A stretch of 64,000 nt of DNA from Acidimicrobiia bacterium (GTDB lineage: Bacteria > Actinomycetota > Acidimicrobiia > Acidimicrobiales > CATQHL01): contig VXXM01000041.1 in the NCBI GenBank assembly GCA_009835395.1, positions 2,875 to 66,874 on the forward strand, given 5' to 3'. A program made the translations under genes and the position numbers. Below the pieces are notes generated by a model that saw only the letters and a program-made list of their open reading frames with translations, was not told the DNA's origin and made no database searches. Numbering within the stretch: the stretch's first letter is position 1; every line of letters begins with the position of its first letter. Below are positions 52,465 to 61,987 of this stretch, piece by piece.

Positions 52465-53625
52465 ATGGACTTCTCCCTCACCCCCGAACAGGAGCTCTTC
52501 GCCAAGACGGTGCGTTCCTGGGTCGAGCGGGAGTGCCCCAAGAACGTGGCCCGCGACATCGAGATGCAGGAGTTCGAGTACCCCTTCGAGTTGTGGGACA
52601 AGATGTCGGCGGCCGGCTTCCACGCCATCGGCCTGCCCGAGGACCTGGGCGGCGCCGGCGGCGACGTGCTCACGCAGATGATCCTCACCCGGGAGCTGGC
52701 CCGCTCCCTGGCCGGGCTCACCTGGATCTTCGGCATCTCCTCGTTCTGCGCCAAGTCCATCAACGCCTTCGCCCGCCAGGACGTGCGCGAGGAGTTGATC
52801 CCCAGCCTGGCGACCGGCGACATCCGGGTGGCGATCTCGGTGACCGAGCCCTCCGGTGGCACCGACCTCATGGGAGCCATGAGGACCCGGGCGGTCGAGG
52901 TCCCGGGCGGCTGGCGGATCTCCGGCCAGAAGATCTGGTCCACCGCGGCGCACGTCTCGGACTACCTGTTCCTCATGGCGCGCACCTCCGACAGCCCCGA
53001 CAAGCCGGCCCACGGGGTGACGCTGTTCCTGGTGCCCAACCCAAGCGACGGCCTGGAGACCCGGCAGATCCCCAAGCTCGGCATGCGCGCCGTGGGCTCC
53101 TGCGAGGTGTTCCTCGACGACGTGTTCGTGCCCGACCGCTACGTGGTGGGCGAGCCGGGCATGGGCTTCTACCGCATGCTGTCCACGCTCAACAACGAGC
53201 GCATCATGGTGGCGGCGCTGTGCACCGGCATCCTGGACGCGGTCCTCGAGGACGCCGTGGAGCACCTGAACGAGCGGGAGGCATTCGGGCGCAAGATCGG
53301 CGCCTTCCAGGCCCTTCAGCACTTCATCGCCGACATCGCCATGTGGCGCCAGCAGGCCGAGCTGCTCACCTACTACGCGGCCTGGCTGTCCGACCAGGGC
53401 CGCGACTGCGGTATCGAGGCCAACATGGCCAAGGTGTGCGCCTCGGAGTACGCCGGCACGGCCGCCGACCACGGCATCCAGATGCTCGGCGGCATGGGGT
53501 ACGCCGCGGAGACCAACATGCAGCGCTACTGGCGCGACGCCCGCCTCTACCGCATCGGCCCCATCAGCAACGAGATGGCCCGCAACAACATCGCCGAGTC
53601 GTTCGGGCTCCCGCGATCGTTCTAG
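52465..53625 (+). CDS. acyl-CoA dehydrogenase
   Basis: MDFSLTPEQELFAKTVRSWVE...AISVTEPSGGTDL...QKIWSTAAH...FQALQHFIADI...GGMGYAAE. Confidence 0.85.
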   Translation: MDFSLTPEQELFAKTVRSWVERECPKNVARDIEMQEFEYPFELWDKMSAAGFHAIGLPEDLGGAGGDVLTQMILTRELARSLAGLTWIFGISSFCAKSINAFARQDVREELIPSLATGDIRVAISVTEPSGGTDLMGAMRTRAVEVPGGWRISGQKIWSTAAHVSDYLFLMARTSDSPDKPAHGVTLFLVPNPSDGLETRQIPKLGMRAVGSCEVFLDDVFVPDRYVVGEPGMGFYRMLSTLNNERIMVAALCTGILDAVLEDAVEHLNEREAFGRKIGAFQALQHFIADIAMWRQQAELLTYYAAWLSDQGRDCGIEANMAKVCASEYAGTAADHGIQMLGGMGYAAETNMQRYWRDARLYRIGPISNEMARNNIAESFGLPRSF

Positions 53626-53637
53626 GAGCCTGACCCG

Positions 53638-54459
53638 ATGGCGCCGGAGACCGGAGTCGCCGGGGCCCTGCAGGGGCGCGCGGTGCTGGTGACGGGCGCC
53701 GGCCGCGGGATCGGGGCGGCCATCGCCCACCGCTTCGCCGCCGCCGGGGCGGCCGTCGCGGTCAACGACGTGGACGCCGACGCGGTGGCCGAGGTGGTGG
53801 CGGCCATCGGAGACGCCGGCGGGCGGGCCGCCGCGGCGCTTGGTTCGGTGGTCGACGAGGCCGAGCGCGTCGTGGCCGCGGCCGTCGAACACTTGGGCAA
53901 CCTGGACATCCTCGTGAACAACGCGGGGCTCACCCGCGACGTCATGGTCCACCAGATGAGCGACGAGGACTGGGATGCGGTCGTCGACGTGGTGCTGCGC
54001 GGCACCTTCAACATGATCCGGGCCGCGGCGCCCTGGCTGCGACGCACCGACCGGGCGCAGATCGCCGCCGAGGGCTGCAAGAAGATCGTCAACGTGGCCT
54101 CCATCAACGCCATCTACGGCCTGGCCGGCAACGCCAACTACTCCGCCGCCAAAGCCGGCGTCATCGGGCTCACCAAGTCGGTGTCGCGGGAGTGGGCGCG
54201 CTTCGGCGTGTGCGTCAACGCCGTCGCACCCGGCTACATCGCCGGCACCCGCATGACCAGCGCCCGCGACCCCGAGACGGGCCTCGGCATGCCCGCCGAA
54301 CTGATCGGGCAGATCGAGGAGCGGATCCCCATCGGCCGCCCCGGCCGCCCTTCCGACGTGGCCGAGGCCTGCCTGTGGCTGGCTTCGCCGGCCAGCGACT
54401 ACTGCTGCGGGCAGGTCATCGAGTTGCACGGCGGCCGCGAGATCATCGAGCTGGTGTGA
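53638..54459 (+). CDS. SDR family oxidoreductase (3-oxoacyl/3-hydroxyacyl type)
   Basis: VLVTGAGRGIGAAIA, NNAG, YSAAKAG, and VCVNAVAPGYI. Confidence 0.85.
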   Translation: MAPETGVAGALQGRAVLVTGAGRGIGAAIAHRFAAAGAAVAVNDVDADAVAEVVAAIGDAGGRAAAALGSVVDEAERVVAAAVEHLGNLDILVNNAGLTRDVMVHQMSDEDWDAVVDVVLRGTFNMIRAAAPWLRRTDRAQIAAEGCKKIVNVASINAIYGLAGNANYSAAKAGVIGLTKSVSREWARFGVCVNAVAPGYIAGTRMTSARDPETGLGMPAELIGQIEERIPIGRPGRPSDVAEACLWLASPASDYCCGQVIELHGGREIIELV

Positions 54460-54475
54460 GCGGGGGAGCGGGCCG

Positions 54476-55363
54476 GTGCGGGTGAAGCAGACCACACTCG
54501 CCGAGGCGGCGTCGCTGGTCTCCGACGGAGACACCGTGGCGCTGCAGAACATGGCCACGCAGGCCGCCCCCATGGCCATGGTCCGCGAGCTGATTCGCCA
54601 GGGGCGTCGCGAGCTGGGGTTGGTGTGCCTGGTGGGCGGCATCGCCCTGGACTGGCTGGCCGCGGCGGGCTGCATGAACCGCTTCATCGGCAACGCCGTC
54701 TCGATGGAGCAGTTCGGGCTGGCGCAGCACTACCGCCGCGGCGTCGAGTCCGGCCGCATCCGCATGGAGGAACTCTCCGAGACCGCGCTGCTGGCCCGCC
54801 TCGGCGCCGGCGCGCGCAACCTGCCGTTCCTGCCCACCCGCGGCATGATCGGCACCGACCTCATCGACATCAACGAGAACCTCACGATGCTGGACGACCC
54901 GTTCGGCGGCCCGCCGGTGGTGGCCTGCCGGGCGCTGGTGCCCGACGTGGCGCTCATCCACTGCCACCGGGCCGACCGCCACGGCAACGTGCAGTACGAG
55001 CCGACGGCGCTGTGGCCCGACATCGGCATCATGCCCAAGGCCGCCCGCAGGGTGATCGTCACCACCGAGCAGATCGTCGACAGCGACGTGCTGCGCGTCA
55101 ACCCCGACCGCACCGTCCTGCCGGGCTTCGTGGTGGACGCCGTCGTGGAGGTGCCGTGGGGCGCCCACCCGACGTCGTTCAACCCGCTCTACGGCTACGA
55201 CGCGGCGCTGCATCTGGCCTGGGCGGCGGCGGCCCGCTCCGACGACGACGTGGCGGCGTTCCTGGACAGCTACGTGTACGGCCCCGCCGACCACGATGCC
55301 TACCTGACCGCCGTCGGGGGCGTCGAGCGGATGGCCGCGCTGGCGCGCTGGGAGACGGGCTGA
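54476..55363 (+). CDS. CoA-transferase family I subunit A-like protein (GctA/IpdA-like)
   Basis: TLAEAASLVSDGDTVAL...PMAMVRELIRQGRRELGLV...VALIHCHRADRHGN...VDAVVEVPWGAHPTS. Confidence 0.7.
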   Translation: MRVKQTTLAEAASLVSDGDTVALQNMATQAAPMAMVRELIRQGRRELGLVCLVGGIALDWLAAAGCMNRFIGNAVSMEQFGLAQHYRRGVESGRIRMEELSETALLARLGAGARNLPFLPTRGMIGTDLIDINENLTMLDDPFGGPPVVACRALVPDVALIHCHRADRHGNVQYEPTALWPDIGIMPKAARRVIVTTEQIVDSDVLRVNPDRTVLPGFVVDAVVEVPWGAHPTSFNPLYGYDAALHLAWAAAARSDDDVAAFLDSYVYGPADHDAYLTAVGGVERMAALARWETG

Positions 55364-56190
55364 TGGCTCCGGACCCGCACCTCGACTCCCCGCCGGCGGG
55401 GGACTGGACCGTCGACGAGTTGATGATCGCCGTGCTGGCGTCGTGCTTCGAAGACGGCGACCAGGCCTGCAACGGCATGGCCAGCTTCCTGCCGGTCGCC
55501 GCCCTCCAGCTGGCCAAGCTGACCCACGCCCCCGACCTGGTGTGGCTGGCCGGTGCCGTGGGTCTGGAGCCCCGGCCCGGGCCGATCCCGGCCTCCACCC
55601 TGGAAGCGCCGCTGTGGCGGGACGCCCTCATGTACGTGGAGCAGTACGGCGACTTCTGGACACTGGCGCTCAACGGCCGCTGGCTGCAGAAGTTCTGCGT
55701 CGGCGCGGCACAACTCGACCGCTTCGGCAACGCCAACAACTCCGTCATCGGCGGCGACTTCCACGCCCCGAAGGTGCGCCTGCCCGGCACCGCCGGGCTG
55801 GCCGACATGGGCTCGCTCGGCAAGCAGCTCTACTACTGGAACCCCAACCACAACCCCCGCTCCCTGGTGGAGACGGTGGACTTCGTCTCCTGCGCCGGCT
55901 ACCTCGGCGGCGGCGACGAGCGTGAGCGCCTCGGCCTCACCGGCGGTCCCGAACTGGTGGTCACGAACCTCTGCGTGATGGACTTCGAACCTGACTCCAA
56001 GCACATGCGCCTGCGCTCGGTGCACCCGGATGTGACCCTCGAGCAGGTGCTGGACGCGACAGGATACGAGCCGGTGCTGCCACCCGGCGGGGTACCCGTC
56101 ACCCCGAAGCCGACCGCGGAGCAGGTGCGCCTCATCCGCGAGGTCATCGACCCGCACGGAATGCGCCACCGCGAGTTCCGCCGCCGCTAG
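55363..56190 (+). CDS. CoA-transferase family I subunit B-like protein (GctB/IpdB-like)
   Basis: ATGA overlap with subunit A. ...ACNGMASFLPVAALQLAKLTHAPDLVWLAG...GAAQLDRFGNANNSVIG...VTNLCVMDF. Confidence 0.65.
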   Translation: MAPDPHLDSPPAGDWTVDELMIAVLASCFEDGDQACNGMASFLPVAALQLAKLTHAPDLVWLAGAVGLEPRPGPIPASTLEAPLWRDALMYVEQYGDFWTLALNGRWLQKFCVGAAQLDRFGNANNSVIGGDFHAPKVRLPGTAGLADMGSLGKQLYYWNPNHNPRSLVETVDFVSCAGYLGGGDERERLGLTGGPELVVTNLCVMDFEPDSKHMRLRSVHPDVTLEQVLDATGYEPVLPPGGVPVTPKPTAEQVRLIREVIDPHGMRHREFRRR

Positions 56191-56203
56191 CAGACTGGCG
56201 CCC

Positions 56204-57307
56204 GTGGACATCCAGATCGGCGTCCCCGGCCAGCTGATGCCGCCGGCGGACCGGGCGGTCTCGCTGGCGCAGCGCAACGAGGCCGACGGCTTCGACGCCG
56301 TGTGGTGGCCGTGCCACCTCATGGGCTGGCACTCCGACTCGGTCTGGACGCCCGACATGACCCCGTTCGCGGCCGTGCAGCCCAGCCCGCACACCTATTT
56401 CGACCCGCTGCTGATGATGGCCGCCGTCGGCAGCCAGACCAGCCGCATCAAGGTGGGTGTGGTGGTGACCGACCTGCTGCGCCGCCACCCCGCCATGGTC
56501 GCCAACATGGCGCTCACCCTCGACCACCTCACGCAGGGCCGGGCGATTCTGGGGCTCGGCTCGGGCGAGCGAATGAACGTGGTGCCCTACGGGGTGGACT
56601 TCTCCCGTCCGGTGAGCCGCCTGGCCGAGGGCATCGAGGTGATCCGCCTGCTGTGGGGCGCCGACGGCCCGGTGGACTACGAGGGTCGCTTCTTCCGCCT
56701 CAAGGACGCGGTGCTGGGCCTCAGCCCGTACTCCGACGAGCCACCGCCGCTGTGGACCGCCGCACACGGGCCGCGGATGCTCGACATCACCGGCCGCCTC
56801 GCCGACGGCTGGCTGCCCACCAAGCTCTCGCCGCTGCGCTACGGCGAGGCGCTGGGAGCCATCCGCGAGGCGTCGGTGGCGGCGGGCCGGGAGGCCGAGG
56901 CGGTCACGCCCGGGCTGCTGGCCTACGTGCTGGTGGCGCCCGACGAGGCCTCGCTGCGGCGCCTGCAGGAGGCCCCCATGGTGCGGGCCCTCATGGTGAT
57001 GCTGCCCGCGGAGGTGTTCGAGTCGCTGGGCGTGGCGCCCCCGGACGGGTTCCACGAGCTGGTGCCGGCCTCGCTGTCGCGCCCCGAGGCGCTGCGGGTC
57101 ATCGACGGGATCCCGCCGCGCGTCGTGGACTACTACTGCTTCTGCGGCACGGCCGAACAGATCGCCGGGCAGGTCGCCGAGTACCACGCCGCCGGGCTGC
57201 GCCACCTCGTCATGTGGAACATCACGCCGTTCGGCGATCCCGACCTGGCAGGCTGGTCCTTCAAGGCGCTCAATGAGGTGAAGGACATCCTGCGGAGCAA
57301 GCCATGA
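56204..57307 (+). CDS. LLM class flavin/F420-dependent oxidoreductase
   Basis: AQRNEADGFDAVWWPCHLMGW...TSRIKVGVVVTDLLRRHPAMVANMALTLDHLTQGRAILGLGSGE. Confidence 0.7.
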   Translation: MDIQIGVPGQLMPPADRAVSLAQRNEADGFDAVWWPCHLMGWHSDSVWTPDMTPFAAVQPSPHTYFDPLLMMAAVGSQTSRIKVGVVVTDLLRRHPAMVANMALTLDHLTQGRAILGLGSGERMNVVPYGVDFSRPVSRLAEGIEVIRLLWGADGPVDYEGRFFRLKDAVLGLSPYSDEPPPLWTAAHGPRMLDITGRLADGWLPTKLSPLRYGEALGAIREASVAAGREAEAVTPGLLAYVLVAPDEASLRRLQEAPMVRALMVMLPAEVFESLGVAPPDGFHELVPASLSRPEALRVIDGIPPRVVDYYCFCGTAEQIAGQVAEYHAAGLRHLVMWNITPFGDPDLAGWSFKALNEVKDILRSKP

Positions 57308-57699
57308 ACACCCCGCCGGCCGCACCGAGCGACGTCGTGGCGCGCTACTTCGCCGCCATCGACGCCGAGGACTTCGACACCCTGCGCCAAGTCCTGCACC
57401 CCGACGTGGCGCTGACGGCGTGCGGCTCGCGGCCCCGCCAGGGATCCGAGGCCGTGCTCGACCTGTTCGCCAAGATCTTCGAGCGCTTCCCCGTGCACTC
57501 CGACCGCCCCACGAGGCTGATCTGCGACGGCGGCACGGTCGTGGCCGAGATCCACTTCGAGGGCCGCAGCGCCACCGGCACCGACGTCACCTTCGAGGCG
57601 GTCGACGTCTTCGACGTCGTCGACGGCCGCATCGTCCGCCTCACGCAGTGGCTGGACAGCGCTCACCTGGAACGTCAGTTAAGTTCTCCGGAGCCCTGA
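57304..57699 (+). CDS. SnoaL/NTF2-like fold protein
   Basis: VVARYFAAIDAEDFDTLRQVLHPDV...FEAVDVFDVVDGRIVRLTQWLD. ATGA overlap with the upstream gene. Confidence 0.6.
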   Translation: MNTPPAAPSDVVARYFAAIDAEDFDTLRQVLHPDVALTACGSRPRQGSEAVLDLFAKIFERFPVHSDRPTRLICDGGTVVAEIHFEGRSATGTDVTFEAVDVFDVVDGRIVRLTQWLDSAHLERQLSSPEP

Positions 57700-57717
57700 A
57701 GGCAGGAGGAGACAGCC

Positions 57718-59361
57718 ATGAGCTTCACGGAGCGAGAGTGGGTGGAGGTCACCACGCTCGGTGACCTGATCGTGCGGGCCGCCGCACGCCATCCCGACGG
57801 CGACGCCGTGGTCTTCCCCGGCCGGCGCCACAGCTTCGGCTCACTGCTGGAGGCCGCCGAGCGGGCCGCCCGCTCGCTGCTGGGCCTGGGCGTGCGGCCC
57901 GGCGACCACGTCGGCATCCTCATGCCCAACTGCATGGACTTCATCGAGGTGATGTTCGGCTCCGCCCTCATCGGCGCACCGGTCATCCCCATCAACGCCC
58001 GCTTCAAGGGGCGCGAACTCTCCTACGTGGCCCGCGACGCCGACCTGCGCCTGCTGGTGACCAGCGACATCATCGACCAGCACACCGACTACGTGGAGAT
58101 CCTGCACGGCTGCATTCCCGGCCTCAGCGAGGCCCCGGACGTGTACGCCCTCGACCTCGAGACGGTGCCCGAGTTGCGCGGCGTGGTGCTGCTCGGCAGT
58201 TCCTCACCGGCGGGGATGATCGACAGGGCCGGCTTCGAGGCGGCCGCCGAGAGCGTCGGGCCCGACACCGTGCACCTGCTGCGCAGCCGGGTGGCGCTGC
58301 GCGACATCGCCATGATGATGTACACCTCGGGCACCACCGCCGAGCCGAAGGGTTGCCCCATGACCCACGAGCAGCTCGTCCGCACCAGCTCGGTGGGTTG
58401 CGAGCGCTTCGAGATGACTTCCGCGGACGTGTTCTGGGATCCGCTGCCGCTGTTTCACATGAGTTCGATCCTGCCGCTCATCGGCTGCATCGAGGCGGGC
58501 GCCGCCTACGTGACCCTCACACACTTCGACCCCGCTGTGGCCATCGCCCAACTGCGCGACGAGAAGGCCACGATCTGCTTCTCCACGTTCCCGACGGTCA
58601 CGACGGTCATGTTGAACCACCCCGACTGGGACCCTGCGGCCCTCAGCAGCATCCGGCTGATGAACAACGTGGCCTCGCCGGCCGCCCTGGAGGAGATCCA
58701 CAGCCTGCTGCCCGACATGGCCCACATGAACGCCTACGGGCTCACCGAGTGCGGCGGCGTGGTGGCTTTCACCGCCCCCGACGACCCGCCGGAGGTACGC
58801 TCGACCACCTCGGGGCGGCCCTTCCGGGGAATCGACGTGCAGATCCGGGACTTCGAGACCGGTGACGTGGTGCCGACCTGGGAGCGGGGCGAGATCTGGT
58901 GCCGGGGCTTCAACGTCTTCGAGGGCTACTACAAGGACGCCGTCAAGACCGCCGAGTGCTTCGACGACGAGGGCTGGTTCAACACCGGCGACATCGGCCG
59001 GATGGACGCCGAGGGGCGGGTCGGCTACCTGGGCCGCGTCAAGGACATGCTGAAGGTGGGCGGCGAGAACGTGGCCGCCGTCGAGATCGAGTCCTACCTG
59101 CAGACCCACGACGCCGTGGCGATCGCCCAGGTCGTCGGGATCCCCGACGAACGCTACGTGGAGGTGCCTGCCGCCTTCGTGGAGCTCATGCCCGGCGCGG
59201 AGGTCGCCGAGAGCGACCTGATCGCCTATTGCAAGGGCAGCGTCGCCTCCTTCAAGGTGCCGCGCCACGTGCGGTTCGTGAAGGAATGGCCCCTCTCGGC
59301 CACGAAGATCCAGAAGTTCCGCCTGCAAGAGCAGCTGTGCGAGGAACTGGGCCTGACCTGA
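57718..59361 (+). CDS. acyl-CoA synthetase (AMP-forming, ANL superfamily)
   Basis: MMYTSGTTAEPKGCPMTH, YGLTECGG, TGDIGRMDAEGRVGYLGRVKDMLKVGGENV, and PLSATKIQKF. AGGAGGAG SD. Confidence 0.85.
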   Translation: MSFTEREWVEVTTLGDLIVRAAARHPDGDAVVFPGRRHSFGSLLEAAERAARSLLGLGVRPGDHVGILMPNCMDFIEVMFGSALIGAPVIPINARFKGRELSYVARDADLRLLVTSDIIDQHTDYVEILHGCIPGLSEAPDVYALDLETVPELRGVVLLGSSSPAGMIDRAGFEAAAESVGPDTVHLLRSRVALRDIAMMMYTSGTTAEPKGCPMTHEQLVRTSSVGCERFEMTSADVFWDPLPLFHMSSILPLIGCIEAGAAYVTLTHFDPAVAIAQLRDEKATICFSTFPTVTTVMLNHPDWDPAALSSIRLMNNVASPAALEEIHSLLPDMAHMNAYGLTECGGVVAFTAPDDPPEVRSTTSGRPFRGIDVQIRDFETGDVVPTWERGEIWCRGFNVFEGYYKDAVKTAECFDDEGWFNTGDIGRMDAEGRVGYLGRVKDMLKVGGENVAAVEIESYLQTHDAVAIAQVVGIPDERYVEVPAAFVELMPGAEVAESDLIAYCKGSVASFKVPRHVRFVKEWPLSATKIQKFRLQEQLCEELGLT

Positions 59362-59385
59362 AGTCGCGTCCCGTGTCCCCGCCTC

Positions 59386-59412
59386 GTCATTCCGGCGCAG
59401 GCCGGAATCCAG
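59386..59412. repeat. 27-nt REP-like hairpin element, copy 2
   Basis: GTCATTCCGGCGCAGGCCGGAATCCAG, 24 nt after the stop of the first synthetase gene and 15 nt before ATG 59427. Confidence 0.75.
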
Positions 59413-59426
59413 TGCCGGACCAGCCC

Positions 59427-61022
59427 ATGACCCTGGGCCCGTGGCTGCGGGCCTGCGCCGAGCGCCATGGCGACCGGGAGGCCATGGAGGTCATGGGCGA
59501 GGCCAAGTCCTACGCCGGCCTGGACGGCGACGCGGACTGCCTGGCCACCGGTCTGACCGCGGGCATCGGCCTGGCGCCTGGCGACCGGGCCGCGGTCATC
59601 ATGCGCAACAGCCTGGCCTGTGTGGACACCTGGTTCGCCATGGCCCGCAGCGGCATCGTCGACGTGCCCGTGAACGTGGCCCAGCGGGGTGACGGGCTGG
59701 CCTACGTGCTGGGCCAGTCCCGCTCGCAGGCCGTGGTGTGCGACATCGAGTTCGCCGACCGCCTGGCGGAAGTGACGCCGGAGCTGTCCGAGCTCCGCCA
59801 CGTGATCCTGCACCGCCCCGACGGCGGGGACTCGGGCGCACCGTCGTTCGGTCCCGGCGTCGCCGTGCACGAGTTGCCGTCGCTGTATGCCGACACGGCT
59901 CCTCGGCCGCCGGCGCTGGAGGCCACCGACATCGCCGTGATCCTCTACACCTCGGGCACCACCGGGCCGCCCAAGGGGGCGATGCTGAGTCATGCCGCCA
60001 ACCTCCGCCTGACCCGCCACACGCGCCGGCTCATGGGCTATGGCCCTGATGACGTGCTGTACACGGCCTTCCCGCTGTTTCACATCAATGCCCGCTACAC
60101 CACGGTCACCGTCGCCATGGAGGCGGGGGCCCGCTGCGTTCTGGAGCAGCGATTCAGTGCCGGCGGGTTCTGGGACACCTGCCGGGCCAAGGGCGTCACG
60201 GCCTTCAACTACATGGGCGCCCTGCTGATGATGCTGTGGAAGCAGCCGGCGCGGCCCGACGACGCCGACCATCCCGTGCGGCGAGGGTTCGGGGCGCCGT
60301 GCCCGCCGGACATCTGGGAGCCGTTCGAGGAGCGCTTCGATGTGCGCCTCACCGAGGTGTACGGCTCCACCGAGGTGCCCATCGTGACGCAGAACGGCAT
60401 GGCGGACGTCGACCTCGCCGACCGCCGGATCGGCACCGCCGGGCGACCGTCGGGCCTGTACGGCATGCGGATCGTCGACGAATCCGGCAAGGAGGTGCCG
60501 CCGGGGTTAGCAGGGGAGATCGTCGTGCGCTCGCAGCCGGGCAACGCCACCTTCAGCGGCTACTACGACATGGCCGAGGCCACCGCCGAGGCCTGGCGGG
60601 GCGGCTGGTTCCACACCGGCGACCGCGGCGTGGTCGACGCCGACGGCTACCTCACCTTCATCGACCGCATGAAGGACTGTGTGCGGCGCCGCGGCGAGAA
60701 CATCAGCTCCTGGGAGGTGGAGCAGGCCATCGCCCGGCATCCCGCCGTGCTGGAGGCCGCGGTGGTGGGCGTCCCCTCGGAGCTCAGCGAGGAGGAGGTG
60801 CTGGCCTGCGTGGTGCTGAAGCCGGACCGCACCGTCGGCGAGGAGGAGTTGATCGAGCACTGCACCGGCCGGATGGCGCACTTCGCCGTGCCGCGCTATA
60901 TCCGCTGGATGGACGAACTGCCCCGCAACGCCTCCGAGCGGGTCCAGAAGTTCCAACTCCGCGCCGAAGGCCTCACTCCCGGCACCTGGGACCGCCTCGC
61001 CGAGACCGGGGTCCGGCGATGA
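59427..61022 (+). CDS. acyl-CoA synthetase (AMP-forming), second paralogue
   Basis: ILYTSGTTGPPKGAMLSH, YGSTE, TGDRGVVDADGYLTFIDRMKDCVRRRGENIS, and LPRNASERVQKF. Confidence 0.85.
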   Translation: MTLGPWLRACAERHGDREAMEVMGEAKSYAGLDGDADCLATGLTAGIGLAPGDRAAVIMRNSLACVDTWFAMARSGIVDVPVNVAQRGDGLAYVLGQSRSQAVVCDIEFADRLAEVTPELSELRHVILHRPDGGDSGAPSFGPGVAVHELPSLYADTAPRPPALEATDIAVILYTSGTTGPPKGAMLSHAANLRLTRHTRRLMGYGPDDVLYTAFPLFHINARYTTVTVAMEAGARCVLEQRFSAGGFWDTCRAKGVTAFNYMGALLMMLWKQPARPDDADHPVRRGFGAPCPPDIWEPFEERFDVRLTEVYGSTEVPIVTQNGMADVDLADRRIGTAGRPSGLYGMRIVDESGKEVPPGLAGEIVVRSQPGNATFSGYYDMAEATAEAWRGGWFHTGDRGVVDADGYLTFIDRMKDCVRRRGENISSWEVEQAIARHPAVLEAAVVGVPSELSEEEVLACVVLKPDRTVGEEELIEHCTGRMAHFAVPRYIRWMDELPRNASERVQKFQLRAEGLTPGTWDRLAETGVRR

Positions 61023-61987
61023 GAGTGGTCGTCCTCGGTGCCGGTGCCCTGGGCTCGGTCTACGGCTCCTGGTTTGCCGATGCCGGTGCCGAGGTGATGC
61101 TCGTGGCCCGCCGGCCGCACGCCGAGGCCGTGCGCGAGCGGGGACTGGAGGTCCGCTCCTACGACGCCGGCACGACGATCCACCGGGTCGACGCCACCGA
61201 CGATCCCGCCGCGGCCGGCGACGCCGACCTGGTGCTGGTCGCCGCCAAGTCGTTCGACGTGCCGGCGCTGCTGGCCGCTTACACCGGTCGCTGCTCGATG
61301 GCCTTCTCGGTGCAGAACGGGGTCGACCAGGCCCTCCCGCTGGTGGAGCGCTTCGGCCCGGCCGCCGTCGAAGGGGTGTCGATGGTGGGCGGCACGCTCG
61401 TCGGCCCCGGGGTGGCCGAACACAGCTTCGGCGGAGCGACATACGTGGGCGACATCGCCGGGACGGCGCCAGGCACCGCCGCCCGGATCGCCGCCGCGCT
61501 GCCCGAGCGCATCACCGAACGCCCCGACATCACCTCGGTGCAGTGGACCAAGGCCACCCTGGCCGTCGCCGCAATGGGCGTCGTGGCGCTCACCCGGTCC
61601 ATCTACCACCGCATGTTCGTGACCCCGGCGCTGCGGGAGGCGTTCCTGGACCTGATGTGCGAGGCCGCCCTCGTGGCCCGCAGCGAGGGCGTACCGCTGA
61701 TCGACCTGCCGGGTCCCATGCGAGTCCACACGTTCACCACGCTGCCCCGTGAGGAGGCCCTGGAGGTGCTGCGCGAGTTCGGCGAGCATCTGGTTGCCAC
61801 GGGGCAGACCGGTGTGAAGGTGTCGGCCCTCCAGAGCATCGAACGCGGCCGGCCCCTCGAGGTGGACGCGGTGTTCGCCCCGTTCGCCCGGCGTGCCGCC
61901 GAGCGCGGTCTCGACGTGCCGCTGCTGGCCGGCGTCACCCGCATGATGTTCGGCATCGACGCGGCGATCCGCGAGGACGCCGGGTGA
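61019..61987 (+). CDS. 2-dehydropantoate 2-reductase family (PanE/ApbA-like) oxidoreductase
   Basis: MRVVVLGAGALGSVYG...VLVAAKSFD...VQNG.. ATGA overlap with the upstream gene. Confidence 0.65.
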   Translation: MRVVVLGAGALGSVYGSWFADAGAEVMLVARRPHAEAVRERGLEVRSYDAGTTIHRVDATDDPAAAGDADLVLVAAKSFDVPALLAAYTGRCSMAFSVQNGVDQALPLVERFGPAAVEGVSMVGGTLVGPGVAEHSFGGATYVGDIAGTAPGTAARIAAALPERITERPDITSVQWTKATLAVAAMGVVALTRSIYHRMFVTPALREAFLDLMCEAALVARSEGVPLIDLPGPMRVHTFTTLPREEALEVLREFGEHLVATGQTGVKVSALQSIERGRPLEVDAVFAPFARRAAERGLDVPLLAGVTRMMFGIDAAIREDAG

